Of a stretch of 59,130 nt of DNA, positions 25,154 through 34,115 are shown piece after piece. Both the position numbers and the translations under genes were made by a program. Position 1 is the stretch's first letter; each line of letters begins with the position of its first letter. The notes under the pieces were generated by a model. It was not told where the DNA came from. It saw only the letters and a program-made list of their open reading frames with translations, and did not search any database. This DNA is from Candidatus Levyibacteriota bacterium (GTDB taxonomy: Bacteria; Patescibacteriota; Microgenomatia; Levybacterales; UBA12049), in the NCBI GenBank assembly GCA_016199085.1, contig JACQHJ010000006.1, forward strand, positions 1 to 59,130, given 5' to 3'.

Positions 25154-25942
25154 ATGCAAAACGACGATACAAATAAGAATTTAGCAAAAGAACAAGCCGC
25201 ACAAGATGTGGAACAAGCTCCTGGGCAAAATTCTGATACAGATGCTACTCCACAACCTCAGGAACAACCAGGGAAAGTAAGAGAGGCTAATAAAGAAACT
25301 CCACAAGAAGAAACAAAAACAAAGGACGCCAAAGAGGATAAAGAGGAATCAAAAGAAGAAACACAAAAAGAGGAAAAAGAGAAAAAAGAAGAGCCAAAAG
25401 CTCCTCCTTCTCCATCGGATAATGCCAAATGGTATATAGTCCACACATATTCGGGGCATGAAAATAAGGTTGCAAAATCCCTGCATCAAAGAGTTGAAAG
25501 TATGGGATTTGAGCAAAGAATATTCGATATCATTGTCCCAACCAGAGATACTGTCAGAGTTTCCCAGGGAAAGAAAGAAAATATCAAGGAAAAAATCTTT
25601 CCGGGCTACGTCTTGGTAAAGATGATTTTGGATGATGAATCATGGCTTTTGGTCAGAACAACCCAGGGAGTAACGGCATTTATAGGAGCAGGCAACAAAC
25701 CAACTCCAATTTCAGATAAGGAAGTTGAGGCAATCCAAAAGTTTATGAATGCAGAACAACCTTTGTTTACGACTTCCTTTACAATCGGTGAAGCTGTTAA
25801 GATAGTTGACGGTCCGTTTACGGATTTCCTTGGAACAGTTGACAATATTGATGAGGCTAAAGGAAAAGTCAAAGTATTAGTCTCAATCTTTGGCAGGGAA
25901 ACTCCGGTTGAGCTTGATTTTCTTCAGGTATCTAAACTTTAA
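25154..25942 (+). CDS. nusG: Transcription termination/antitermination factor NusG with an N-terminal low-complexity extension of about 90 aa
   Basis: The NGN domain starts at WYIVHTYSGHENKV and the KOW motif is GEAVKIVDGPFTDFLGTV. The first roughly 90 residues are Lys/Glu/Gln/Pro-rich. Confidence 0.9.
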   Translation: MQNDDTNKNLAKEQAAQDVEQAPGQNSDTDATPQPQEQPGKVREANKETPQEETKTKDAKEDKEESKEETQKEEKEKKEEPKAPPSPSDNAKWYIVHTYSGHENKVAKSLHQRVESMGFEQRIFDIIVPTRDTVRVSQGKKENIKEKIFPGYVLVKMILDDESWLLVRTTQGVTAFIGAGNKPTPISDKEVEAIQKFMNAEQPLFTTSFTIGEAVKIVDGPFTDFLGTVDNIDEAKGKVKVLVSIFGRETPVELDFLQVSKL

Positions 25943-25944
25943 AT

Positions 25945-26367
25945 ATGGCAAAAAAGATTAAAACAATCATTAAAATTAATATTGCTGCCGGAGCCGCAAC
26001 TCCTGCGCCACCCGTAGGCACTGCTCTTGGTCCACACGGACTCCCCATCATGGAGTTTGTAAAAGCATTTAATGATAAAACGGCAGATCAAAAAGGAACA
26101 ATAGTTCCTGCAGTTATCACTGTTTTCGAAGATAGAACCTTTTCATTTATTGTCAAAAAATCCCCAATTGCCGAAATGATCAAAAAAGCTTTGGGTAAAG
26201 AAAAGGGATCGGGAAAACCCGGAACCGAATCAGCGGGAACCCTCTCGAGGGCCCAAGCCGAGGAAATTGCCAAAAACAAAATGGAAGATTTAAATACGGA
26301 TGAAGTAAGCCAGGCCGTAAAAATAGTGGAAGGAGTGGCCCGTTCAATGGGTGTAAAGGTACAATAA
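25945..26367 (+). CDS. rplK: 50S ribosomal protein L11
   Basis: KINIAAGAATPAPPVGTALGPHGLPIMEFVKAFN is the L11 signature. Confidence 0.95.
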   Translation: MAKKIKTIIKINIAAGAATPAPPVGTALGPHGLPIMEFVKAFNDKTADQKGTIVPAVITVFEDRTFSFIVKKSPIAEMIKKALGKEKGSGKPGTESAGTLSRAQAEEIAKNKMEDLNTDEVSQAVKIVEGVARSMGVKVQ

Positions 26368-27173
26368 TGGGAAAAATCAGAGTAAAAACATTTGGAGACG
26401 AAGCAGAAGAGCTCGAAGAGAAGAAAAAGCTTGAAAAAAAGCGTGAAGAAAAAAAGGCAAGACAAAAAGCCCAAACAAAAGAAATTGTTGAAGAAGCTCC
26501 TCAAGAAGATATTAAGCCTGAGGAAGAAGTTAAAGTTGAAGAGCCAAAAAAGGAAAAAGTTAAGATTAAGGTCAAAAAAGACCAAAAAGCCCCCCGCTCC
26601 CAAAAATATGGCGATTTAAACAACCAGGTCGATAAAACAAAGACATATACGCTTTCTGAGGCTTTGGATCTTTTGGTTAAACTTCAAAGAGGAAAATTCG
26701 ATGAAACAGTTGAAATTCATGTCAACACATTAACTCCCGGTATTTCAGGAAATGTCACTCTCCCCCACGGAACAGGCAAAAAAACCAGAGTCGCAATTGC
26801 AACCGATGCTGTCATTTCCGAGATTGAAAAAGGAACGATAAATTTTGATATTTTGGTTGCAGAGCCTTCTCAGATGTCCAAGTTGGCCAAAGTTGCAAGA
26901 ATTTTAGGACCTAAAGGACTTATGCCAAGTCCCAAAAACGGTACAATTGCCCCAAAACCCGAAGAAGTTGCCAAAAAGTATGAAGGAGGCCTTATTTCTT
27001 TTAAAACGGAAGCTAAAAACCCATTACTTCATTTAACAGTTGGTAAAATATCGTTTGGAAAAGAAAAGTTAACCGAAAACATTGAAGAAATGTTAAAAGC
27101 AGTTAAAAAAGCAAATATAGTAAATGTTACTTTAAAATCTACAATGTCTCCTGGAATTAAACTAAAGGTTTAA
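26367..27173 (+). CDS. rplA: 50S ribosomal protein L1 with an N-terminal Lys/Glu-rich extension of about 80 aa
   Basis: The L1 core begins near YTLSEALDLLVKLQRGKFDETVEIHVNT and continues with ...LPHGTGK...LGPKGLMPSPKNGT. Confidence 0.93.
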   Translation: MGKIRVKTFGDEAEELEEKKKLEKKREEKKARQKAQTKEIVEEAPQEDIKPEEEVKVEEPKKEKVKIKVKKDQKAPRSQKYGDLNNQVDKTKTYTLSEALDLLVKLQRGKFDETVEIHVNTLTPGISGNVTLPHGTGKKTRVAIATDAVISEIEKGTINFDILVAEPSQMSKLAKVARILGPKGLMPSPKNGTIAPKPEEVAKKYEGGLISFKTEAKNPLLHLTVGKISFGKEKLTENIEEMLKAVKKANIVNVTLKSTMSPGIKLKV

Positions 27174-27187
27174 CCTGCCTCAAACAA

Positions 27188-27979
27188 ATGAGAGAAAGAT
27201 TTACGGCTTCTATTAAAGATCGGGCAAAAGGCCTGGTTGGAACTGCACTCTGGAGAGGATCAGGACTTGTAATAAGACGGGACATAGTCAGCGAAAGCAG
27301 AAGCCTTGAGAGAACAAGAAGCCACTTGAAGCAAGGAAGACCCTTGATTGTTGTCATCAATCATACTCATTCACTTGATACGGTTGTAATCGGACACGCA
27401 GTTGAAGATTATATTTCCCCTCTTGATAGAGTTGCCGGGGTAACTGCCTTAAAACACTCTGACCCGGATAGACATAAATTTGACAAAACAGTTAAACGTC
27501 ATGAATACATGTTAATAGAGCTTGGTCAAAAATCCAGAAAGTTTAGGATATTAAGATTTGTCCAAAGGTCAGAAGAGGAAAGGCGGTATTATAAAGATCA
27601 TCCCCAAGCTTTGGGTGGAAAATCCATTATGAGATTTAATTTTGACTCCGGAAATGAAGCTATTGAGATATTAAGAGAAGGAGGAATAGTCATGATTGCA
27701 CCGGAAGGAACAAGAAGTAAAGACGGCAATATGCAGGAAGCTCAAACAGGAACAGAAGGACTTTTGGAAAGAGTAAAAGACAACGGACTTGTGCTACCGG
27801 CCAGCGTCTTACCTATAGACGGAAAGTTTAGGGTAGTTTTTGGAGAACCTTTTTCCTATGAAGATCTTATGAGAGAACAAGCACAACATCCGCAAATTAA
27901 GCTAAAAGATTTGATAATGAGAAAAGTTGCAAGACTAGTGCCTAGAGGAAGAAGAGGATTTTACGAAAACTTAGCTTAA
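27188..27979 (+). CDS. PlsC-like (lysophospholipid/glycerol-phosphate) acyltransferase-family protein
   Basis: It has the HX4D catalytic motif (VINHTHSLD) and an APEGTRS motif at the appropriate spacing. No TM helix is present. It is GC-richer than the flanking ribosomal genes. Confidence 0.65.
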   Translation: MRERFTASIKDRAKGLVGTALWRGSGLVIRRDIVSESRSLERTRSHLKQGRPLIVVINHTHSLDTVVIGHAVEDYISPLDRVAGVTALKHSDPDRHKFDKTVKRHEYMLIELGQKSRKFRILRFVQRSEEERRYYKDHPQALGGKSIMRFNFDSGNEAIEILREGGIVMIAPEGTRSKDGNMQEAQTGTEGLLERVKDNGLVLPASVLPIDGKFRVVFGEPFSYEDLMREQAQHPQIKLKDLIMRKVARLVPRGRRGFYENLA

Positions 27980-28035
27980 AAACATGATATACATCACTGA
28001 CAGGACATATTTAGATCTCTAAAATTGCCAATGAT

Positions 28036-28701
28036 ATGCCGGCAGTTGCGCGAAGCGAATCAGGGATAAAACCACCTCCTACCCCACAAGATGTTGACGC
28101 TGTTAGAAAACAGGCAGAAAGCATGGGTAAACATTTAACTTTGTTTTTGAAAGCACATCAAGGAGCAGACTTAAGTCATCGTCATTTCGGAGCAAGGGCA
28201 AAAGAGATGCAGACAGAACTAGGAAGCCTCCTTACGGAAATACATGACTTAAGAGTTGAAGGCTCTATTGGTGTACTACGGAGTATGAATGCAGCTATTT
28301 GCGCCGGAGAACATCCTGACAAGCCACAAGCAACAACATCTGAACAGCAATTGGAAGAATTAGGCGTACACTCAAAAGATTTATCCACTCTTTTAGTCAC
28401 CCAAACACCTATTGAAGACGGTGAAGGACTTGATTTTAGTTATACACTTGAAAGACTATGCCCACAACATGCACCAAACCAGGATCAATCAAGAACACAA
28501 CCTGTTGTTTCTGCCGAATTACTGGAAAGATTAGAACATTCATATGCTGTAGGCAAACTAAACTCAACAAGAGGAGATGCAATTATGACTGCTTCAGGCT
28601 TTACACCACCTGAGTTGCCTCAACCCGTAATGGAAGCTTACGAAACTACTATCATTTTTGACGCCTCATTCCCCTATCCTCCTGATTCAACTTGGATGTA
28701 A
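28036..28701 (+). CDS. Hypothetical protein (GC-richer orphan)
   Basis: 221-aa ORF with no TM helix or signal peptide. The first 60 nt are 32/60 G+C by hand count. A plausible own promoter is CTGACA-17-TAAAAT at about 27999-28027. Confidence 0.3.
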   Translation: MPAVARSESGIKPPPTPQDVDAVRKQAESMGKHLTLFLKAHQGADLSHRHFGARAKEMQTELGSLLTEIHDLRVEGSIGVLRSMNAAICAGEHPDKPQATTSEQQLEELGVHSKDLSTLLVTQTPIEDGEGLDFSYTLERLCPQHAPNQDQSRTQPVVSAELLERLEHSYAVGKLNSTRGDAIMTASGFTPPELPQPVMEAYETTIIFDASFPYPPDSTWM

Positions 28702-28707
28702 AACCAA

Positions 28708-28736
28708 TTGACAGTTAAACCCATAAGTGATATTAT
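28708..28736 (+). promoter_or_regulatory. Promoter of the rplJ-rplL unit
   Basis: TTGACA (28708-28713), a 17-nt spacer, then TATTAT (28731-28736). Confidence 0.6.
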
Positions 28737-28844
28737 TAGATTCACCTAAGACAGTAGGCAAAACTTAAGTCCTACCGAGGAAGTAACAAGAGCAAACTTT
28801 AAATGCTCGTAAACACTTCAGTTTTAGGAGTGTTTTTTTATTAT
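28737..28844 (+). promoter_or_regulatory. L10 (rplJ) leader with a terminator-type attenuator
   Basis: The CCTAAGACAGTAGG...CCTACCGAGG stem resembles the L10-leader/23S L10-binding-site mimic (recalled). It is followed by the hairpin AAACACT(28811-17)/AGTGTTT(28829-35) and a T-run (28836-28842), just before the rplJ ATG. Confidence 0.55.
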
Positions 28845-29525
28845 ATGGATACCAAAGATACAAAAGTATCGGCAAACAGACAAAAAAAGGTGGAAATAGT
28901 AGCTTCACTTTCAGATAAGTTTAACAAGGCTAAGGCTGTTGTCTTTACAAACTACGAGGGTCTCACCCACAAACAAATCGAAGCACTTAAAAAAGCAATT
29001 AAACCTTTGGAGGGTGAATTCGTTGTTGCCAAAAACTCTTTGGTAACGAGGTCCTTGGATGAAAAAAAGCTAAAACTAGAAGATGATCACGCCTTAGAAG
29101 GGCCAACAGGTACTCTTTTTATATATAACGATATAGTTGCGCCGTTAAAAGCACTGGCAAAGACTATTAAAGAATTAAATCTTCCATCAGTAAAGTTTGG
29201 AATCATGGATAAAGCTTTTATAGGAAGTGAGCAGGTATTAAAGCTCTCTACTCTTCCAACCAGGGAAGTTTTACTCGCCCAGCTAGTTGGCGGACTTAAA
29301 TCACCTATCGTTAACTTACATAGAGCATTAAACTGGAACTTACAAAAACTCGTCTTAACCTTAAATGCAGTAGCAAGTGCAAAACCAGCACCAAAAGCTC
29401 CCGCGCCAGAACCTGAAGAACCACAAGAAGCTGCACCTGCCGAAACCACACAGGAAGAAAAACCAGCTGAACCAACCCAGACAGAAGAGAAACTTATTGA
29501 AGATCCTAAAGGTGGTGAGAATTAA
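28845..29525 (+). CDS. rplJ: 50S ribosomal protein L10 with a C-terminal Pro/Ala/Glu-rich extension
   Basis: [39 protein letters not shown]...VVAKNSL is the L10 signature. The start is set at MDTK, because the upstream 14 codons of the ORF track overlap the attenuator hairpin. Confidence 0.9.
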   Translation: MDTKDTKVSANRQKKVEIVASLSDKFNKAKAVVFTNYEGLTHKQIEALKKAIKPLEGEFVVAKNSLVTRSLDEKKLKLEDDHALEGPTGTLFIYNDIVAPLKALAKTIKELNLPSVKFGIMDKAFIGSEQVLKLSTLPTREVLLAQLVGGLKSPIVNLHRALNWNLQKLVLTLNAVASAKPAPKAPAPEPEEPQEAAPAETTQEEKPAEPTQTEEKLIEDPKGGEN

Positions 29526-29914
29526 TGGCAAAATTATCACAAGAAGACTTACTTAAAGCAGTTGAAGAAATGTCAGTTCTCCAGCTTTCAGAGTTTGTAA
29601 AAACTTTGGAAGAAAAGTTCGGTGTCAGCGCACAAGCTATGGTTGCTCAAGCACCGGCAGCTCAAGCTCCAGCAGAAGCAGGAGAAGCAGTGGAAGAACA
29701 GACAGTCTTTAACGTTGTTATTGCATCAGGCGGAGCAAACAAAATAGCTGTAATTAAAGCAGTCAGAGAATTAGTCCCAACCTTGGGACTTGCTGACGCA
29801 AAAGCTTTGGTTGACAGTGCTCCAAAAGAAGTAATGACAGCAGTCAACAAGAAAACAGCTGAAGAAGCAAAAGCCAAATTAACAGAGGCCGGAGCAACAG
29901 TTGAACTTAAATAA
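29525..29914 (+). CDS. rplL: 50S ribosomal protein L7/L12
   Basis: It has an N-terminal dimerisation helix, an Ala/Pro hinge, and the C-terminal domain [31 protein letters not shown]...[17 protein letters not shown]. Confidence 0.95.
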   Translation: MAKLSQEDLLKAVEEMSVLQLSEFVKTLEEKFGVSAQAMVAQAPAAQAPAEAGEAVEEQTVFNVVIASGGANKIAVIKAVRELVPTLGLADAKALVDSAPKEVMTAVNKKTAEEAKAKLTEAGATVELK

Positions 29915-29940
29915 GTTTAATTTCGATGTTTTCCAAAATT

Positions 29941-29971
29941 TCCCTTAACAAAGTTAAGGGATTTTTGTTTT
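29941..29971 (+). terminator. Rho-independent terminator after rplL
   Basis: A 9-bp stem (TCCCTTAAC / GTTAAGGGA) with a 3-nt loop is followed by TTTTTGTTTT. Confidence 0.85.
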
Positions 29972-30065
29972 ATAAGCTAGTTTGCCTATTGACAACTTTG
30001 TTCTATTTTGTTACTTTAAGTAAGTATAGTAATCACATTGATTATTAAACGATTACTAAATAAAT

Positions 30066-30275
30066 ATGGCAGAACAACTATCAATCAATAGCCTCCCAGA
30101 TTTACTAACCGTTCGAGAAGTAGCTCAAATATTAAGAGTTTCTCCCCTAACTATTAAGAGATGGGGCAAAAGAGGAAAATTGCCTGCAATAAGAATTAAC
30201 TCCCGAGGAGACAGAAGATATAAAAAAGATGCTGTCCTTTGGCTACTCGGAATAGCAGGAAAAACACAAGAGTAA
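30066..30275 (+). CDS. Excisionase/MerR-superfamily HTH DNA-binding protein
   Basis: 69 aa. LLTVREVAQILRVSPLTIKRWGKRGKLPAIRI...RRYKKDAV is typical of 'helix-turn-helix, excisionase family' domains. Confidence 0.6.
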   Translation: MAEQLSINSLPDLLTVREVAQILRVSPLTIKRWGKRGKLPAIRINSRGDRRYKKDAVLWLLGIAGKTQE

Positions 30276-30322
30276 CTCCCCTATTTGACTTTGTATAGAT
30301 CCAAAACCCTAATTTATTCTAC

Positions 30323-31195
30323 TTAGGAGAATCTGTGGTATTTTGCCCTGTGGGTTGAGCGTATTTTCTCTTCATCAGGTGTATCAAAGTGTTCCTTAAT
30401 GAAATCTATTGTTTCCTGGGAGTCCTGAGTATTAACAAAAACATTTGTTCCAACTTCAAACCCCCCTATTATCTTATACCTTGGCACAAGCCTTAGATAC
30501 CAATCGCTATACGGATAGATATAGAGATTGTAGGGAAATTCATGACCATGTCTTAGATCAAAAATGCCAAGAAGTCTGTAAAGAGCCTTGGAAAGATCAC
30601 GGATCTGGTCATCGGTAATCTCGCCAAAAAACTTGTCTCGTACTTTAGGATATAGCCAGACTTCATCCGGCCACTGGCTTTCATATGGACAAAAGATGGA
30701 AAATTCGCTAGTTTCCTTAACTCTTCCAGGATCAAGTTCTTTGTGATGCGGAAGGCTGAGCTTAACGTGGCTTGGTATAACTACAAGCTGGCTGTGGGGA
30801 TGTGGAAGGCTCTCCCCTGCTTCTTCACCGCTATTAGTGAAGATATAGACGCTTCCCTTATCTTTATGATCGTTGAAACGTTGCCTAAATGCCTTTAGTA
30901 CCAATTGGGACTGATCCAAGGGAAGCTCGTCAAAGCTTTTGTGATGGTCTGGAGAATGGACTATTATTTCATGCAATGGTGCAAAGGGATATTTGTTTTT
31001 AATAACTCTTACTTTCCATTCTGTTTCTTTTGAGTCGGAAGGTATCCTATAGACTTCGGGGTTTGAACCTTCCTGTCCAACACAAAAAGGACAAACCGGT
31101 TCTGTACCTTTTAGAGCATTTGGTCTTTTTGATCTTTTAGGTGCCGCTATAATCCACCTACCCGCTTGAATATCTTCAATGAATTTAAAGTCCAT
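30323..31195 (-). CDS. Galactose-1-phosphate uridylyltransferase-like (HIT superfamily, GalT branch) nucleotidyltransferase
   Basis: It has an N-terminal zinc site (CPFC) and the active-site HxHxQ motif (HPHSQL). Length 290 aa. Confidence 0.78.
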   Translation of the reverse strand: MDFKFIEDIQAGRWIIAAPKRSKRPNALKGTEPVCPFCVGQEGSNPEVYRIPSDSKETEWKVRVIKNKYPFAPLHEIIVHSPDHHKSFDELPLDQSQLVLKAFRQRFNDHKDKGSVYIFTNSGEEAGESLPHPHSQLVVIPSHVKLSLPHHKELDPGRVKETSEFSIFCPYESQWPDEVWLYPKVRDKFFGEITDDQIRDLSKALYRLLGIFDLRHGHEFPYNLYIYPYSDWYLRLVPRYKIIGGFEVGTNVFVNTQDSQETIDFIKEHFDTPDEEKIRSTHRAKYHRFS

Positions 31196-32010
31196 ACTTT
31201 AATTAAAGACTATTTGAGTAAAGTATGCAATTGGAATAAAAGACAATAAAAAATAGAATTAAAAACGAAAGGCAACCAAAGTGATAAATTTAAGTAAAAA
31301 TAGCCTTAAAATCACGTATTATAGGCTTAGAAGATTCTTCAATTAGCAAGTGGGGTCAATGAGTGACATATGCCATACTTGACAGTTTAGATTATAAAGA
31401 CAGTCTAATTGTAAGCTCATCAATAAAAATATCCTTTCAATAATCTCTATTAATACTGTCTCCTTCGGGATATTCAACTGTCCTGTGAAAAAAAATCAAG
31501 ATAGTGTTTCACGTTCAAAATACTCATCGGTAAATATTCGGTAAAAGAATTTAGTTAGCCTCAAATTAATCAATATTCTTATTTTTTTCTTCTCTAGCTC
31601 TTACTTTTCTAAAAGTTATTTTTAGCTAAAAATGGAAATTACTAACTTAAATATCTAAATAATTAGCTAAATATATCAAATTACTTCAAAGTATACTTTT
31701 ACTCTTTTTTAACTCTGGTGAGTTAAAACCATTTATAACATTTATAAATAGTGTATTTTAGTAATTGTCTATTTATTAATTCTTTGCTGATTGTAGATTT
31801 TATAAATATTTCTTTACATTAAATTTTATCTTAGAGTATTAGTTTTTGTGTTTTACAAAAAATAATTATTTAAATTCATTTAATTCTTTCTGCCCCTTGC
31901 TATTATATATAGTAGTTATCTTCTGAATAATTTACCTTTAAGTAACTAGTGGTTAATTTAGGGTAAAATTGGTAAAAATAGAAATTTTAAACGACTGTAG
32001 AGGTTTAAAT

Positions 32011-32724
32011 CTAGAAATTGTATTTTTCTTTAAAAACCAAGAAAATAAACTTAACTAGAGAAAATTGGCGTTTAATTCTCCAAGGTTGAACTAGTAGGCG
32101 GAATAACCATTCAAGTCCCAAATTTCTTAAAAGTTTAGGCGATCTTTTGACATTGCCGGTTATAAAATCAAATGTTCCCCCTACTCCTATTACAACTCTG
32201 GCATTAACATTATTTAGATTTTTACTTATCCAAATTTCCTGTTTTGGGGAGCCAAAAGCAACAAATAAAATGTCTGTTTTTTTGTCTTTTAATGAAGAAT
32301 CATACTCCTTCGAAAACCATGAAACTTTTAGTCCGGGGTATTTTTTAACCAAGCACTCAGCAGTTAACTCTGCTATTTTAGGCCCACCCCCAAGAAAGCT
32401 TACCGTTATAGGCCGTTTTGAAATGTAATTACATAGACTTTCAGTAAAGTCTACGCCCGTAATTCTTTGCCTAAGTGACCTACCCACAAACCTTGCTCCC
32501 CACATGACTCCTATGCCGTCAGCCAAGGCTAATTTGGCATTATTTAGGACTTTCTTATAGTCCTTGTCTTCATCGGCAATTACCAAAAGTTCGGGGTTAG
32601 GGGTAACGATGTAATACTTTTCAGTTGATTTTTGTAGGCCTGTATAAATATACTCTAAGATTTCGTCTTCTGAGGCATTAGTAAACCCCACTCCAAGCAA
32701 AAAATTTTTCTTTAAATCATTCAT
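32011..32724 (-). CDS. WecG/TagA/CpsF-family glycosyltransferase
   Basis: ALADGIGVMW, FVAFGSPKQEIW and the C-terminal GLEWLFRLLVQPWRIKR are the family hallmarks. Confidence 0.8.
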   Translation of the reverse strand: MNDLKKNFLLGVGFTNASEDEILEYIYTGLQKSTEKYYIVTPNPELLVIADEDKDYKKVLNNAKLALADGIGVMWGARFVGRSLRQRITGVDFTESLCNYISKRPITVSFLGGGPKIAELTAECLVKKYPGLKVSWFSKEYDSSLKDKKTDILFVAFGSPKQEIWISKNLNNVNARVVIGVGGTFDFITGNVKRSPKLLRNLGLEWLFRLLVQPWRIKRQFSLVKFIFLVFKEKYNF

Positions 32725-32953
32725 TTTACTACAAGATTAATTTGTAATTTTATTATTTTCGTGTTTTAAGCCTTTTTGATCACTTTTTTTATTCATAAAT
32801 ACTACTCCTGTGATGACCTTAGATTGCTTTTAAAACCTTGTTTTATAACGCTCTGGCAATCCAAATACTATAAACCAATTTCTCGTGAAAAAACTGTATG
32901 TTTTGGGGTATTTCGATAAGGTTGATAAATTCATAATAATAATTATAGGATAA

Positions 32954-33973
32954 TTACTTCTTGGCTATACTTCTTTTGTAGAGTTCGATGTTTTCAAGCG
33001 CAACCCCTGTTCCCCTGACTACGCAAAGCAGTGCGTCCTCCGCAACATGACAAGGAACTCCGGTTACTTTTGTCATAAGCTTATCAAAGTTAGTCAGAAG
33101 CGATGTTCCCCCGCTCATGACGACTCCCTTGTCAATGATGTCGCTTGCCAGTTCAGGCGGAGTTTGTTCCATAACACCTTTCACTGCCGAGATTATATCC
33201 ATAAGTACGGAAAGTATTGCTTCATTTACCTGGCCTTCATTTAATTGAATTGTTCTGGGAAGCCCCGTGATAGAATCTCTTCCTCTTATTTCCATAACCT
33301 TTTGATCGGATACCTTTTTTTCATCAATCAGTGCATTTCCCATTTCTATTTTTATTATCTCTGAAGTTCTTTCACCAATGAGAAGATTAAACTTCTTTTT
33401 GACATAGAGTGCAATAGCCTCGTCTATCTTAGTTCCTCCTACTCTTACAGAGTCATGGACTACTACTCCGCCAAGAGAAATAACGGCTGATTCGGTAGAT
33501 CCTCCGCCAATATCGACTACCATGTGTCCAGCAGGCTGGGCAATGGGAATTTTGGCTCCAATGGCTGCTGCCAGAGGTTCTTCTATTAAATAGGCAACTT
33601 TTGCCCCCGCTGCCATAGTTGCGTCAAGAACAGCTCTTCTTTCCACCTGGGTGATACCTGAGGGAATGCAAATCATAACTTCGGGTTTGAAAAAACGCGC
33701 CTTTCCGGTTGCCTTATCAATAAAGTAGGAAAGCATTGCCTCTGTTATGGTATAGTCAGCGATTACCCCGTCTCGTAGGGGTCGCATGGCAACAATATTT
33801 CCGGGGGTTCTACCAAGCATATCTTTTGCCTCTTTACCAACGGCAACTACCCTATTTTCTTCTGCAGTAACTGCTACAACTGTCGGTTCATTTAAAACAA
33901 TTCCTTCACCTGCCAGATAGACAAGCGTATTGGCTGTTCCAAGGTCAATTCCGATTCTTTTTGATAATGGCAT
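32954..33973 (-). CDS. mreB: Actin homologue MreB (copy 2, canonical length, not linked to mreCD)
   Basis: IGIDLGTANTLVY, MVVDIGGGSTESAVISLGG and MSGGTSLL. Length 339 aa. Confidence 0.93.
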   Translation of the reverse strand: MPLSKRIGIDLGTANTLVYLAGEGIVLNEPTVVAVTAEENRVVAVGKEAKDMLGRTPGNIVAMRPLRDGVIADYTITEAMLSYFIDKATGKARFFKPEVMICIPSGITQVERRAVLDATMAAGAKVAYLIEEPLAAAIGAKIPIAQPAGHMVVDIGGGSTESAVISLGGVVVHDSVRVGGTKIDEAIALYVKKKFNLLIGERTSEIIKIEMGNALIDEKKVSDQKVMEIRGRDSITGLPRTIQLNEGQVNEAILSVLMDIISAVKGVMEQTPPELASDIIDKGVVMSGGTSLLTNFDKLMTKVTGVPCHVAEDALLCVVRGTGVALENIELYKRSIAKK

Positions 33974-34115
33974 ATGTTTAAATTAGCTTCAAATTCAGAG
34001 ACTATATCAAAATATATAATATCTGTATCATATAAGGGTCTGGCCTTAATATTTTAGATTATAACACCGGCAGAATAACTTGCAAGAGGGATTATGAATC
34101 GGTATAATCTAAGAC

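Noticed and set aside
26088-26603. A 171-aa minus-strand ORF rich in Phe/Leu
   Set aside because: It lies antisense to rplK/rplA. It is only the complement of the Lys/Glu-rich (AAG/GAA) extension of L1, has low complexity and has no independent support.
28803-28844. A 14-codon N-terminal extension of rplJ in the ORF track (MLVNTSVLGVFFYY)
   Set aside because: These codons coincide with the attenuator hairpin and T-run of the L10 leader. The canonical L10 sequence starts at MDTK (28845).
31196-32010. The possibility that the AT-rich gap is oriC
   Set aside because: I found no cluster of TTATCCACA-like DnaA boxes by eye and no dnaA, dnaN or gidA nearby. I keep it as an unexplained gap, not as an origin call.
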